From NCBI GenBank assembly GCA_000320545.1, contig ADNK01000156.1, positions 48,978-112,977 on the forward strand: 64,000 nt of DNA, given 5' to 3'. Each line of letters starts with the position of its first letter. Within the stretch, counting starts at the first letter, position 1. The DNA is from Bigelowiella natans CCMP2755 (lineage: Eukaryota > Protista > Cercozoa). The notes beneath the pieces are model-generated. The model had not been told where the DNA came from. It saw only the letters and a program-made list of their open reading frames with translations, and searched no databases. The translations under genes were made by a program, and so were the position numbers. This document shows, piece by piece, positions 37,851 through 50,998 of the stretch.

Positions 37851-38651
37851 AACATGATGCATGCAACATGCATGACATGTGCTTTGTCTGTAGTTCATGA
37901 TCGAACACTACCAGACTGCTCTTGTGCTCGCTCATTGGCCACGGATTTGAAATTGAATGCAACAGCTGGACTCCCTAGCCATGTGTGCGCGCGCACAAAC
38001 AACACAACGCACATGCTGTGTGTAGCTATCTAGCCATGCAATCATTTTCTGCAGCGGCGGCAGGCTGCGGAAGAGCTCTAGAGCTGGAGAGTTTTGTGGA
38101 ATTGCACGTGGCACTCTTGTACAACTCTAGCTTGCTAGCGCTCACCACTGAACAACGAGTGGCCCAACAATGCAGTGCTGTGCATTCCACGCTAGCACTG
38201 TCCATCAAAACTCGGTTCCATCACCTTGCAATTTTTCAGCTTGCAATTTTCGCAACTCCCCAGCTAGCCAGAGAGCTGAAATTACCAGGAAGTTTGCACC
38301 AATCAAAACAATTCGCACAACGTGACAATGAAAAGTGAAGAGCCAATGTCTTCGAGAACAAGGAACCACAGGCTTTGGGAGAGCAGTTTCCAATCGAACG
38401 CGAAGAAAAAACACTTCCGCCACCTTCCGTGCCAGCGTGGAGTGTTTTCGTGCAAGTGTTCTTCCCGTGTTGTCGACCCATTGCACCAATCTGACACCAG
38501 AAACCATTCCATGAATCCATCGTGACGATCTGTGCCATTCCCAATTTGAACACGGATGCGTGAGCCAGTCTTTCCCTCAATCCTTCGCGGAAAGCTGCCA
38601 TTCTGAGCATCCAAAGCATCTCGAGGAGAATCTCGGGAAATCAGGAAATCC
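37851..38651. other. TpA-depleted intergenic tract
   Basis: About 13 TA in 800 bp by hand count, 7 of them in CTAG; no TA at all between 38285 and 38651. Confidence 0.85.
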
Positions 38652-38750
38652 TATTCGGACACCTTTGGACGCGTCGGACAAAAAGACCATCTCCTACCTA
38701 GGAAATCTCGGGAAATCCTCAGGAAATCCTAGAAATCTCGGGGAACATCT
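38616..38750. promoter_or_regulatory. Cluster of GGAAATCYYMGG / ATCTCGGGA motifs upstream of the molybdate transporter
   Basis: gaatctcgggaaatcaggaaatccta...ggaaatctcgggaaatcctcaggaaatcctagaaatctcggga. Related words occur in other upstream regions (2831, 8489, 24611, 30541, 33879, 55250). Function is inferred from position only. Confidence 0.55.
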
Positions 38751-39025
38751 TAAAAAATTCCAAAACAGACACAGGCCTGTACATAGATCTAATTTGAAGC
38801 ACAGCAGAGGATTTTCCTAACAACACCAAGAAAGACTAAGGCCAACATCTCAATCCACACAAAAATGCCCTGCGTTTCACAGTGAACACAGGCGCAAGGA
38901 CAAGTCGCAGGGCTTCCGAGTCTTTTGAGTCACCCACCCCCCTTTACAGGAACGGGAACGGCGAAGCTGCTGGAGGAGGGAAGGAGGTCGAACAGGACAA
39001 CTTGCATTCACACGCCCGGATTCAA

Positions 39026-41755
39026 ATGTTGGCCTCCTTGTCACGACCGATTTCCTCATTAACTGATCGGATTCGGAACATCTGCTCCCAGTGGTCCTGG
39101 TCGGAGATTTCTGGGGGCCTGGGGGATCTTGGAACTCTGCTTCCTTTTCTCGTCGCGCTTGCGAAGGAAGGATACATCAGCATTATCCCGGTAACGCCCA
39201 AGTTAAAGCATGTTCGCCATTGTTCTCTGAGCCATCAGCTTTCTGGGTCCGGGGCTAAAATGATCAACATCTTGTCCGAACTTCACAATGTATGATGACG
39301 TTAGGCTCTGTTCTGGGCAGGATTGTTTAACATCACTTCCGCGGTATGGATGAAGTATTTAGAGACATTGCAACCAACAACGATAGTTATCGGGTAGATG
39401 GGGGAAGCATTATCGAGAAGATCTTCTTTGATGGAGGGTTAGCGTTTGAGTAGCAGTTGCGCCAAGTATCCGATCTAGGAGGTCACATGTCTCCTGGTGC
39501 TTTTCAACCCACAAGACTCGCCATTTCCTTTATGCAAGAGAGAAAGATTTCGGCGTTTACGTTACAAGAGTTTATATCTGCTTATTGAGCCCTAAGCTAA
39601 GCTATATGGTTTCTACTCGAATAATCTCAGATTCACTGGAATCTACCAATGCCTGTGCAACCGATGAAAGCTATTGCGACAGTAGCTCTGACGACTAACT
39701 TCCTCAACAGTAACTCCATTATTTGCGCCGGGATTTTGACTGCAGGAACAGTGATGTTGCTTGGAATAACACGGTCCATTGACTTGCTACACAAGATCAC
39801 ACCAATGGCGGTGGTGTACGGGATTCAGGTGGGAACCGGGGCATGTGAATTTCCAAATTTGTGTTGAGGCAACAGAGGGGGGGGGGCGGGGGGAGGCATA
39901 CCTATCATAAGATAGCTTTCTTTTTACGCATCAATATCGATATTGACTTGTGTCAACTCTCGGAACCACCGTGGTATTGCTGTCCGGCGCTGTTACTAGG
40001 TCGGCTTGGGCATTCGTATGATAACACACGCATTTCGGCTAGCATCCAGCACCGGCCACTGGTTTGCATTTGATTCCCGCTTTACTGCACTAGTGGCTGC
40101 GGTATTCACGTTGAACTTTCGCCACAATCGTCATCTTCCTGTCGCTCTCATAGTATTTGCGATCGGGGTTCTAATTGCGATCGGTATCCTATGCTCACGC
40201 GGTGGGGGTGGGGAATGGCCGCATGATGGTGCCGCCCCCCTTTCGTGGAAGTTGTCAAATCTTTCCGCCGCCGATTGGCAAGAAGGTTGTGAGAAGAATA
40301 TGTCGTAGTAGCGACCTTTCTTTTGTCAGGAGTAGGCCGGTGACCATCGGCTTTTGTTGTCCATTTTGCTGATGTGAGTCATTAGTCCGCTCACGTTGTG
40401 ATTGTTGTTTGCTAGGGTTCATTCACGGAGCAATCCCCCAGATTCCACTCACAACGCTTAACTCCGTCATCGCGGTCTCAAAGCTAGCACACGATCTTTA
40501 CCCCCAGAAACGGCGAGACATCACGCGCCCAGGAGTGGCTTCGGCTGTCGGTGTGATGAATGTTATCGGGTACGATCGTGACTTTCTCCAAAAATAAAGA
40601 AACAAACGAACGATTTTTTAAAAAAAATAGAAAATTATTCCTGCTTTTGAAGTTCCCTCCACGGATCAACACGGGAAGTGGATGCAGGGGAGTGAGAGAG
40701 GGGCGGATGGCTGACAGAGAGGTAGAAGCAGCCCACATGGAAACAGCATCCCTGCCTTTGTATGCTTGAAAGGTGCGCCTTTGGCGCCATGCCGATGTGC
40801 CATGGTGCAGGCGGCCTTGCCGCACAGCATGCCTTCGGCGCTCGTGGAGGACTGAGCATAACGTTTCTCGGGATTTGCAAGATGATGCTAGCTTTGGCGT
40901 TTGGTGGAAGGTAGACTCGTGTGATATTCTCATCCTGCCTCAATAGCACTGCGTAGAAGAGATGATGATGATGACGACGACCGACCACCATCTGCATTTG
41001 TACACTCGCCGTACTCATCAACTGAGAACAGTGCCAAGTGGACGATTGCTTGTACTGATAATCTGCTAAATGCTTCTCCTGTCATTGTATGTGTGGGGGG
41101 GGGGGGGGGGGGGGGATATTTTGTATCATCATCATCATTCAGGGCTGTGCTGGATCTTCTGAATGCATTCCCCGACTCTGTGCTCGGTGCACTACTTGGA
41201 GTCTCCGGACTCGAGCTTGCTGTTAGTGGGGTCAATCGCATGTGCGAGAACAACATGCGGAAGAGGGAACCGCACGAGACTTCTCTGCGCACGGATTGCT
41301 TAATCTGTATTGCCACTGCTGGAGGGGCGGTCGCCACGGGGAGCACAGCTATCGGATGCATCTCAGGGTTGCTAATGGCAATCGCAGAGTCTCGGTGGAT
41401 GAAGCATTTCGTTAGTAGCTTTGGGAACAACTCCAGGCCAGAGGAGGGGGGGGAGCAAAAGGATGCTCTTTCAGCCGATTCCACGCTCGGTGGTTTGGAG
41501 ATGAAGGCGCGGAAAAGCAGTGACGGCGGGGCCTCTTTATCGGGCGATGCCCCAAATCTAGGGGCGCACCGTGCCGACGATTTGGAAATAGCGGAGGAAA
41601 AAAATCAAAACGAAATCGGTAGCGCTCTAGGCGCTGTCGAAGAAAACAAGGTGGAGGAGCAGAAGGCGGTCGATTCAATAGTTGAAAATGATGAACGAGA
41701 AATTGGGGCGGGCATGCTGCCAATAGAAGACTTACCGGAAGCAGAGACTGCGTAG
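39026..41755 (+). CDS. MOT1: Molybdate transporter MOT1 family (sulfate transporter 5-like), multi-exon
   Basis: SEISGGLGDLGTLLP, PMPVQPMKAIATVA, GAIPQIPLTTLNSVIAV, MCHGAGGLAAQHAFGARGG and FPDSVLGALLGVSGLELA are all hallmark MOT1 motifs. Confidence 0.92.
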
Positions 41756-42529
41756 GTGAAACCGTGGGCATTTAGGATTTGTGCTATATAGTGTACGCTG
41801 TATACGGCTGCACACAAACGCACATCATCATCACAGCTTAATCAAGTCTGTCTGTAGAAGAGTCTCCAGCAAAGTAACTTGCTGCTCTATACAGGCTGTG
41901 CTAGCTGTGGCCTATGGATGTATGATGCCATTTAATTGCATACCGCGACAGACAATTAATTTAATACGGCCACGATTTAGCTTCGCGAAACAAAGCACTG
42001 CTGCCTACTATCCAGCTGCAGTTGTCATGTGAACACTACATCATTAGCAACAATCTAGTGATGCATGATGCAGGCATTCTAGCACACACTAGCATAGCAG
42101 CATCACATAGATTTTCGCTTACTCAATCCATCTCAAGCAAAAGTTTGCGCTGCAGCGGACAGCACGTTCCATTAGAATAAAAGGGGTGTCTCACAATGCT
42201 TTTGCTCATAATGGGGAACGCTTGCGACTAGTTCTTACTAGCTTAGCTAGTAAGCTCGCGATGCGCCATCTGAGCATGCGGATATGGCGAACGAAGAGGT
42301 CACCGCCACAAACAATTTGTGAAGTCTAAAACTATGCAAGCTTTTTGTTGATGTGCATAATGCATGGCAGGCTTGGCAACTAACATTAACATTCGATCTG
42401 ATAACTTTATCTAGCTACTAGCCCGCTGTACATCCCATCGGACATGGCATGTCATCGAGCAATTTGAGTACCTAATGACCGATTCTTTTTTCGCAGAAAC
42501 GGGCATCAATATTCTCCCCCCCCCGCGCG

Positions 42530-43480
42530 CTACCTTCTATTTCCCCAGCCGTTATTATTGCTATTGTCAAACTCTTTGCCACTGCTGCCCCCCCAGATTC
42601 CTACGTCACCAACCAGACCCAAACCGCCGAAGGGGCTGTATCCTGCCCGCTGTGCGTTCGTGGAGGCCATCATCGGATCTTTGGCAATCGTTGGATTATT
42701 GGAAATTGTTGGCGAGGAGAGGGGTAGGCTTGTCTTGACATTCATTGCCGCTGCCGGAGAAGAATCTTTTACCTCGAGAATGGCACCGGACGAGGAGAGG
42801 GCGCGTAGACCAAGCCCTGGAGGGTTCAAACCACTGCTGCCTTTGAGGAGCGACGGCGGTGCCTTCATACCCGGTGGAATGCTGCTATTACTACTACTAC
42901 TACTACTACTAATCATCCTGCTCTCGCTCCTGTCCTTCCCTACCAGAGAACGATGGTCGCTTGATGTGATGATGTTGGTAACGAATTCACTCCCACCAGC
43001 ATTGGAGGCAGGGTGGTGACTCTTCAGATCAGTATTCATCTCAAAGCGATTGAGGTTGCTGCTGCCTGAGCCCTCTCTCGATTTCCAGTGGTGCAAAGAT
43101 GATGATGATGATGATGATCCGAAATTGAGCTCAATCGATGGTGCTGACGAAAGGCGGCGGTTTAAAGACGATAAAGAAGAGCTTCCTCCTCCTCCGCCCC
43201 CCCCACCCCCTCCTCCTGCTGCTGCATTCATCCCCCATAGGTTTTGACGCTTATCAGATAGCCCCGGGAACAACTAATCATGGTGGCGATGGTGGGGTAA
43301 CAATGATGATGATGATGATGATGATAATGATGGTGATGGTTGCTCTTACGACAGAGCCGGGATCCAACAACGACGACAATAACAAACGAACGGGCAGACA
43401 AAGAATAATTTGACATATAAGGGAAAAAACCAAAAATTTGCATATATTTCGCACACCGATGATCACACATCAGTGAACAC

Positions 43481-43521
<41 letters not shown>

Positions 43522-44362
43522 TCGGGACATATCACAACGAGAACTATTGTACGTTACAATTACCGCCGTCATGCTTTTCTTCGTCGTCGGTCCTGCTGCT
43601 GTGAGAGATGATAAATGTGCTGGTGGAGCAACAATGCTGTTGCTGGCAGCGGTAGAAGAAGAATCTAATACAGATGACGAATGGTGCTGATGGGAGGAGC
43701 GGTGATGATGAGGATACCGCTGTGACGGCACCAGATCTGCGGTGTTCGAAGATGGATTAGCAGTAGCGTTTGCTCCTCCAATTGCAAAGAGAGACGACGG
43801 CGGGGACGATGATGATGATGATGATAGCGACGATGGTGAAGGCCTTCCTGGCCCTGCTACTACTACACCACCCTGGGTGGGATGATGATGATGGTGAGGA
43901 TGATGATTCTGAAGATACTGCCTTGATGATGATGACGATCTTGCTGATACTGGTGCAGAAGGAGCTGCGGATTGGTGGAAGAAGGCGGCGGCTGATGCTG
44001 CTGCTGCCTGTGCCCCTTTTCTGGTCGTCTTAGCCGCTGCTTCTTCGCTAATACTCCTCCTCCGCACGGAAGATGGAGACGGAGATGCTCGCCTTCTCAT
44101 GCCTCCGCCCTGCTGCTCAAGCTGTCGTTGAGCTCTTCCTCCTCCTCCTCCTCCTCCCCCTCCCCCCCCCCCTACCGCTGCTGCTGCATAGGGGTTAGGG
44201 TGATGTGGTTGAGGGGGATGGTGAAGGTGATGACGATAACTCGAAGAAGGTGGCGGAAGGCCACGGTTATGATGAGGGTGAATAGGATGATGATGAGGAG
44301 GAGGAGGATGGTGATGATGATGATGATGATGATGACTGCTGCTGCTCCGATGCCCAACGGTG

Positions 44363-44394
<32 letters not shown>

Positions 44395-46210
44395 GCTACT
44401 TTGAAGCCATCCTCTGCCAGCTATAGCAGCAGCAGCAGCAGCAGGAGGAGGACGTGCCGACGTTGGTGGTAGCGTCTTACGCTCCTGATGCTGTCTGAGT
44501 TGTTGCTGCTGCTGCATTTGATCTTGATGACCTGCTGATGCCACCGACGCTGCTGGAACTATGCGTAAGGAATTACTTAGTTCTTGCATACCCACCCCAT
44601 TGAGAAGACTCATCACGTGCTGGTGCTGCTGCTGGTGCTGCTGCTCCCGGGGAGATGCTGGCTGCTGCTGATTCTGCTGATTCTGCTGCTGCAATGAATG
44701 AGTATGGGAGCCAAAGCCAGGATGTGGAGGGGCAGGACGATGCTGATGACGAAGGTGTGGTGGTGGTGTTGTCGTGTTGATCCTCTCTCTAGAAACCTCT
44801 CTATGCTTACCACGAAGTGGCGGACGATGATGATGATGATGTTGCTGTTGGGGGGGGGGAATATTGAAATGTTGACGATGATGATGGGGAAGAAGAGGGG
44901 GTTGTTGTTGTTGTTGTTGCTGCTGCTGCTGATGATGATGATGGTGATGATGCAGAGGAACAGGACTTATTCCGGGGGGATGCGAATGCTTATGCACTTG
45001 TTGATGATGCTCATGGCTGCTGCTGCCAGCCAGACTGCTGCTGTGTGCTTGGCTGATCGTCCTGCTACCACCAGAGGATGCCGCTGCTGGTGCTTGCAGC
45101 AGAGGAGCAGCATTAGCATTGCCATTGACATCAGTATTCGTAGGAGGTGATGCTGCTGAGGCTGGGAGTTGCCCTGATATGATGCGGGATTGTTGAATGC
45201 TGCCACCTGCTGTCATCCTTGCATTACCTCCTCCTCCTCCTCCTCCTCCTGCTGCTGCACCTATTGGCAGTAGGCCGCCTTTTACTACGTTATCATTGAC
45301 GTCAATATTTCTTTGCGGGTATCCTCCTCCTTTTCCTTCGCCATGTGAAGTCACGCTAGGATGCTGCCTGCTCCTCGCTGCTTCTCCCCTCATTTTCCAC
45401 ACATTGTTGCTCCTCTCATTGAATCTAGCAAGATCATCGTCAGTAGTGAGGGAGGAAGATGCCCTAGCTTTTGAGGAGGAATCAATCCTTCTCCCCTCCG
45501 CATTCGAAGCGTTGGCTGCGCTAATTCTTAGTGATGAAGAAGACGATACTGATGACGAGGCAATATTGGGCCTGGCTTGCTGTTCCGGCTTTGCAACGGC
45601 TCTTCCCTTCTTTGATGCTGCGCCTCCGAGCTGATTTATCGCCGCCATATCTGCTGCTGTTGCTGGTGGCTGAGCTGTGGCTTTAGCGGTGGACGATTTT
45701 GAAGGCGAAGATGATGATGAGATGGCGTCTTGTGATGACCTCGCTGCGTTGTTGTTGTTGTTGTTGCTGCTGCTGCTGCTGCGGCTCCTCCTCCTTAGGA
45801 AAAGGAAGATGAGGTCGCGTAGCTTATTTCGTGCGAGCTTCTGAACACGAATGCCGTCAGAGAACATGCCCTTGACTGCCTTGTCGCCTAGGGATTCAAA
45901 CTTACACGCTACTTTGAACTCTACATGTCCTGTTTGGCGTGAAGAGGAGGAGGAGGAGCCTTGAGGTGTCACGACACGTGTAGCTTCGTACACACCATGC
46001 AATGCATGGTCGTTGGCCGAATATATCAAAACCGCAGTTCTGCTTTTCGGATTGATGTGCCTCGCCATATGAGCATGCTGAGGAGGCAGGAGTACCGCGT
46101 GGCGTTCGAAGCATTGACGTAAAACCTAACGGTCCAAATCACCAATCACACACACGTGCACAACGTCGCCTCAACCAATCTGACGATGCACTAAAAAATA
46201 CAAATACAAG

Positions 46211-46250
<40 letters not shown>

Positions 46251-47176
46251 TAGTATATGAGAGAGAGAGAGAGGGGGGGTGTTAACATTCACCTTCCGGC
46301 CTGACACCCAAAAAACAAGACCTCGTTCGAATTGCTCCCACAGCTCCTTCTTTTGCTCCTGCTGGTGGTGGTAGTGGTAGGTCCCTGTCACGGTAGGTAT
46401 AGCTGCTACTGCTGCTGCATCATCGACGCTGGGTGAAACATCACTATGGAGGTGGTGCTTTGAGTCGTTTTCCACTTTCTTTTGAGAAATGCTACGCACA
46501 TCTCTCTTGCTCTCAGAGATGCTGGTTGAAGAGGAGGAGGAGGAGGGAGCTGTCTTAGGAGGAGTATCCTCTCTTCTCCTCCGTGAAGTTCTTGACGTAT
46601 TTGTGGAAGCCTGTGACACTGATGATGATGTAGCACGATTGGTACTAGCAGCAGCAGCAGCAGCAGTATCGTCGTTCTTGGCTTTTGCAGTTGATGCTGC
46701 CTGTGAAATCTTGTTCTTCTTCTTCTTGGATGATACTGCATTGACGACGGCGACTTCTGAGGTGTTGTGATTCGCTCGTCCATGCTGGCTGCTACTGTTT
46801 GCCTGAAGTTGAAGAGAAAGAGAGGGAGAGGTGTGAGAGATCATCACAAATGCGCGTGTACGTACGTAGAGGAGGAAGAAGAGCATGTGTAGACAAAAAA
46901 GCCAGAGGTTATTCTCAATCATCATCATCAGAATTAGAAAACAACCTTTTTACTAGATTTCTTAGACGCTGAGGATGATGGTAACGACGAGGAGGCCGAG
47001 TCCTTCGCTATAGTATTTGACACTTCTTCCGCGCTGCCCCTCTTCTTCTTCTTCTTCTTCTTCGTCTTCTTCTTCGCAGTCGTCGTAGTGAAGGCCTCGG
47101 TGTTGAGCATCGCAAAGGGATTGGTGGACCCCCCAAAGCCCAACCCCACGGTGCTTTGCGTTGGGAGACGGCGTCT

Positions 47177-47209
<33 letters not shown>

Positions 47210-50200
47210 CTCTTCGTCGTCGTCTTGTTTGCTTACCTTGCTGTCATCATTTGAAGAGGATGATGATGATGATGATTTAGAAGACAAGGAGGTAGGTGGT
47301 AGTGCCGTTGGTGTGGAGGGTGGGGGTGAGGAGCCCGTTGCCTTTGTGACAGTGCTGCTGTTTTTGTTTCTCCCTCCTCCTCCTCCTCCTGCTGCTGTGT
47401 TTGTTGTTGTTGTTGTTGTATTGGGTTTATGCTTGCTGCTGCTACTAATGCTGGTTGATTTTGTCTGCTGCTGAGTGTTAGATTTGCCCTTCTTCTTTTT
47501 TTTCTGCTGCTGTTGCATGTTGTTGCTGCTTGGGTTGCTACTCTTGGAGGTAGTGCTGCTACTGCTGCTGGTGGTGGTGGTGGTAGTGGAGGATAATAAT
47601 GCCGAAGACTTATTCTTTTCCAAAAGAGTCCCAGCAGCAGCTGCTGATTCATTCGCCTGCACCTCATTTTTGCCGTGTTTAGACATATTTTTGGTCTCGT
47701 TTTGTTTGTGCTTGGCTTTTCCATTGCTTCTCTCTGCTTTGAGATTGTTCATTTCCGCCGCCTCTGCTTGCTCCTTTTTCAATCGTCGCTGCGCGCGTTT
47801 CTTTTTCTTTGCGCGTTTTCTAGCAAGATTAAAGGAGAAAGAAGTTTCGTGCGTCAGTACTCATTAAGACTAAAATTGTAACCGCTTCCATCTCGCACAT
47901 TCTACAACAAGGCACATTATAATTACCTTTTTGCAGCCTTCCGTTCTGCCGCCTTGCTTTGCTGCTGTTCCTCCTTCAACAACTCCAACTCCAGCTCGAG
48001 TGCAACCTGTGTCAATAGTAATACAGCCCCCCTCAATGATAATTGCATTGCATCGTGTTTTTAGTGTTGACAGGGGTGTGTGGAACTGCTACGACTGGGT
48101 TCTCGACTGCTGCTGCTGCTGCTGCTGCTGTTGCTGTGAAACATGTCGCCACCAAAGATTTGAGATGTACATGATCGCACATCTATTTTCTAAAAAAGAA
48201 AGGAGCACCTGTTGCGCTCGCGACTCCTCTTTTTTGAGCAAGTATTGAGCTGCAATCTTGCACGCAAACTCAGCAAGAATGAGATTTTCCAGCATCTGCC
48301 TACCGCGCTTATCCCATTCCTCATCCGTAACACCAATGTGTCGGGTGATGCGACCTCTTGATATCTTCACTGCCTGCTCCTGATGATGGAGAGAGAGAGT
48401 AGAGCGGAATGGATGGATGGATGAAAATAAATGATAACGCTTGCGATCAATTGAGGACATCGAGAGGAGGAGGAGGAGGAGGAGGAGAGGAACTTGCATA
48501 CCATTTCGTCCTCTATCCTTTTATTCTGCTCGACAGCATCCAGCATGGCTTCTGAAAAAGTAATATCAACATGCAATTACCCCCCGCAACATTTAAGTGA
48601 ACGGGTCGACGAGGAGACAATAACGATGGGTATCTGCTGCCCATCACTCAAAGAGAATAGAGTGCGCACCGAGCATGTCCACAATCCCTCTATCTTCGCA
48701 GATGTCGTCTGCAATCGTTATGTAATCCTCTGTGATCTCGAGCACATCCTCTTCCCTACATGATCCGAGGAGCAATATTATCAATCAGCGGTGTGATGAG
48801 GGACAGAAACGAGCGCCGGCTTTCCTCGATAATGAAAAGCAAACAACATGCATACGCGCACACATAGATACAATACTGATACTAACACACATTATTACTA
48901 TCGTTCAACATGATTACCATGCGTACTGGGCATAGGATTCCAGCCCTGCTCTTAGGGTCTCCCACTGCGCTGATGCAGAGATCACGTCTGCAAGTTCTGC
49001 CGTTGAAATTTCAACCAAGCACCATCGCTCTTCCGGCGAGATCGAGGACCAGTAGTTACTGAGAGGGGGAGGGGGGGTGAAGAAGTATTGTTTTCATCAA
49101 GGCATTCTTAGGCAGCCTCATCATCATTACATGCAGAGAATGCGGGGATTATTGAACACCATTCAAACCAACCTAAGCTCCCTGCGGTGATTCACAATCA
49201 GATCATCGAGCTTTTGCCTCCGAGATCTATTGCTCTCCTCTTCATTGTCCAGCTTCCTCTCTTTACCTACGTCAATTTAGCATCATCTATGTTCGCTTCT
49301 GCTACATAACAACGGGCACTCGTGTGGTACGGTCGTTCAGATATGATAAGAATACCTCCCTTTCTCCCACGTTTACTTTTTCGCTTTTCCTCCGCCGCCT
49401 CCTCTAAAAATTGGAGCTTGAAGTTGAGCGGTAACTGATAGCACAAAGGAAGAATACAACAGTAGTGAGGTTCTTCTCATCTTGTGTTTTGAGAACAGAA
49501 CATTATCCTCTGTCCAAAATAGTAGATTTCTTAGTTGCAGAGGTAGTAGTCGTGTCCTGCTGCTGTTCGACTACTTCGGACGACAACTTGTTTCAACGGC
49601 AGTGGTACAGCCTCCTCTCTCTCTCTTTCTCTCTCTTTCTCCCCTCTCCCCTACTACCTCTAACTCCGCGATGCAATCTTGGCAAAAGCAACCGGTTGGC
49701 TTGACCGGTTCTTCGCACAGAAAAGACTTCGACATGGTAATCAGCTTCTTGAAAGTCAGCTGGATCTCGATGGAAGCTGTGGAGGGCAGCCGACACTGAA
49801 ACCACGAATCCCCCAACCTGTGACTACGAGGGAACGTCGCCTAACGATCATGCAGGACAATGATTGGTCAGTACCAAGTGTGTTTACACAGGTCATATAT
49901 GGGTGGTGGAGGAGGAGCAGCAGTAGTAGTACCCTCTCGATGGAGTTGGGGGAATGAAACATGATTCTCTTTTGCCAGAAACTCTCTCCGAACAGAGACC
50001 TCGCAAGAACGTTGACAACGGCATCCCACACGCAGGGACGCCAACACTCTGCACTCAACCCCACCAGCGAGGCACTCGTGTTGTACACCTGAACATATGT
50101 ATCATTACCATCGACGTACGATTATTGAGAGATCGATGGTGGTCACGGCAAGCAAGCAGCTGCGCACCGCACATGGGAAAATAGACCATACCTGTTCAAA

Positions 50201-50841
50201 CGCCGCCAACACGCGCTTTCGCCAAAGGAAGCTCCCCTTACGATCGCCGTCGCGTTCCCGGGCATGCCCTGAAGGGGAAAGAAGCTGAGACGATCTGTAT
50301 ACTCCTTCAGAAGTATAAGAATCAGACACAGCATTAGCAGACTGACCTCCATCCAGGAAACGAGTTTGGTGGGTCAGCTCATCCTCCTGCACCACATATA
50401 TCATTTACCACCCCATTCATAAAAAATAGTGTGCACTCTCCTCGCATTTCCTCACCGGAGTGGGCGAGAAAGATAATGCTCGCAATAATACACTACGGCT
50501 ACCTGGGGGACCATCTCGTCGCTTAATTCTTTGTCAATACGGGCTTTCATGAGAGCGAATACAGCATAGAGTGCTGACTCATTGAGAATGTTGCACCGGA
50601 TGTTGGATCTATAGCCGCTCATGCCTATTGGCAAAGAGGTAAGGGATCATCAGTCAATGAACCCGATTGCAACTTCCACATTTCGTAGGGGAGGCATTGA
50701 GGTACCTTCCGCAACCTCAGTGAGCACGATGATTCGCTCCGTGTCATTAAGCCGATCAAAGGGGTAAACCCCGAAGTTCTGGAACATGTACGAATCCTTC
50801 CCGACCTACGACGAAACCGTGACGATGACGATGATGATGAC

Positions 50842-50875
<34 letters not shown>

Positions 50876-50955
50876 CGTGTGAACCAGAGGAATAGTGAAG
50901 AAACCAATGTCGCAAGTCGTCGACAATGGCACGCAGGCTTGTGTATGTGGAACAG

Positions 50956-50998
<43 letters not shown>

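Noticed and set aside
37985-38820. Stack of overlapping ORFs on both strands
   Set aside because: Explained by loss of TAA/TAG stops in the TpA-free tract; no splice structure or recognisable protein.
48740-48830. Apparent +1 frameshift at ATG-TAG-G in the ankyrin-DCD gene
   Set aside because: An acceptor catgtag|g joins in the correct phase to the upstream donor (TG|G = Trp), so no frameshift is needed.
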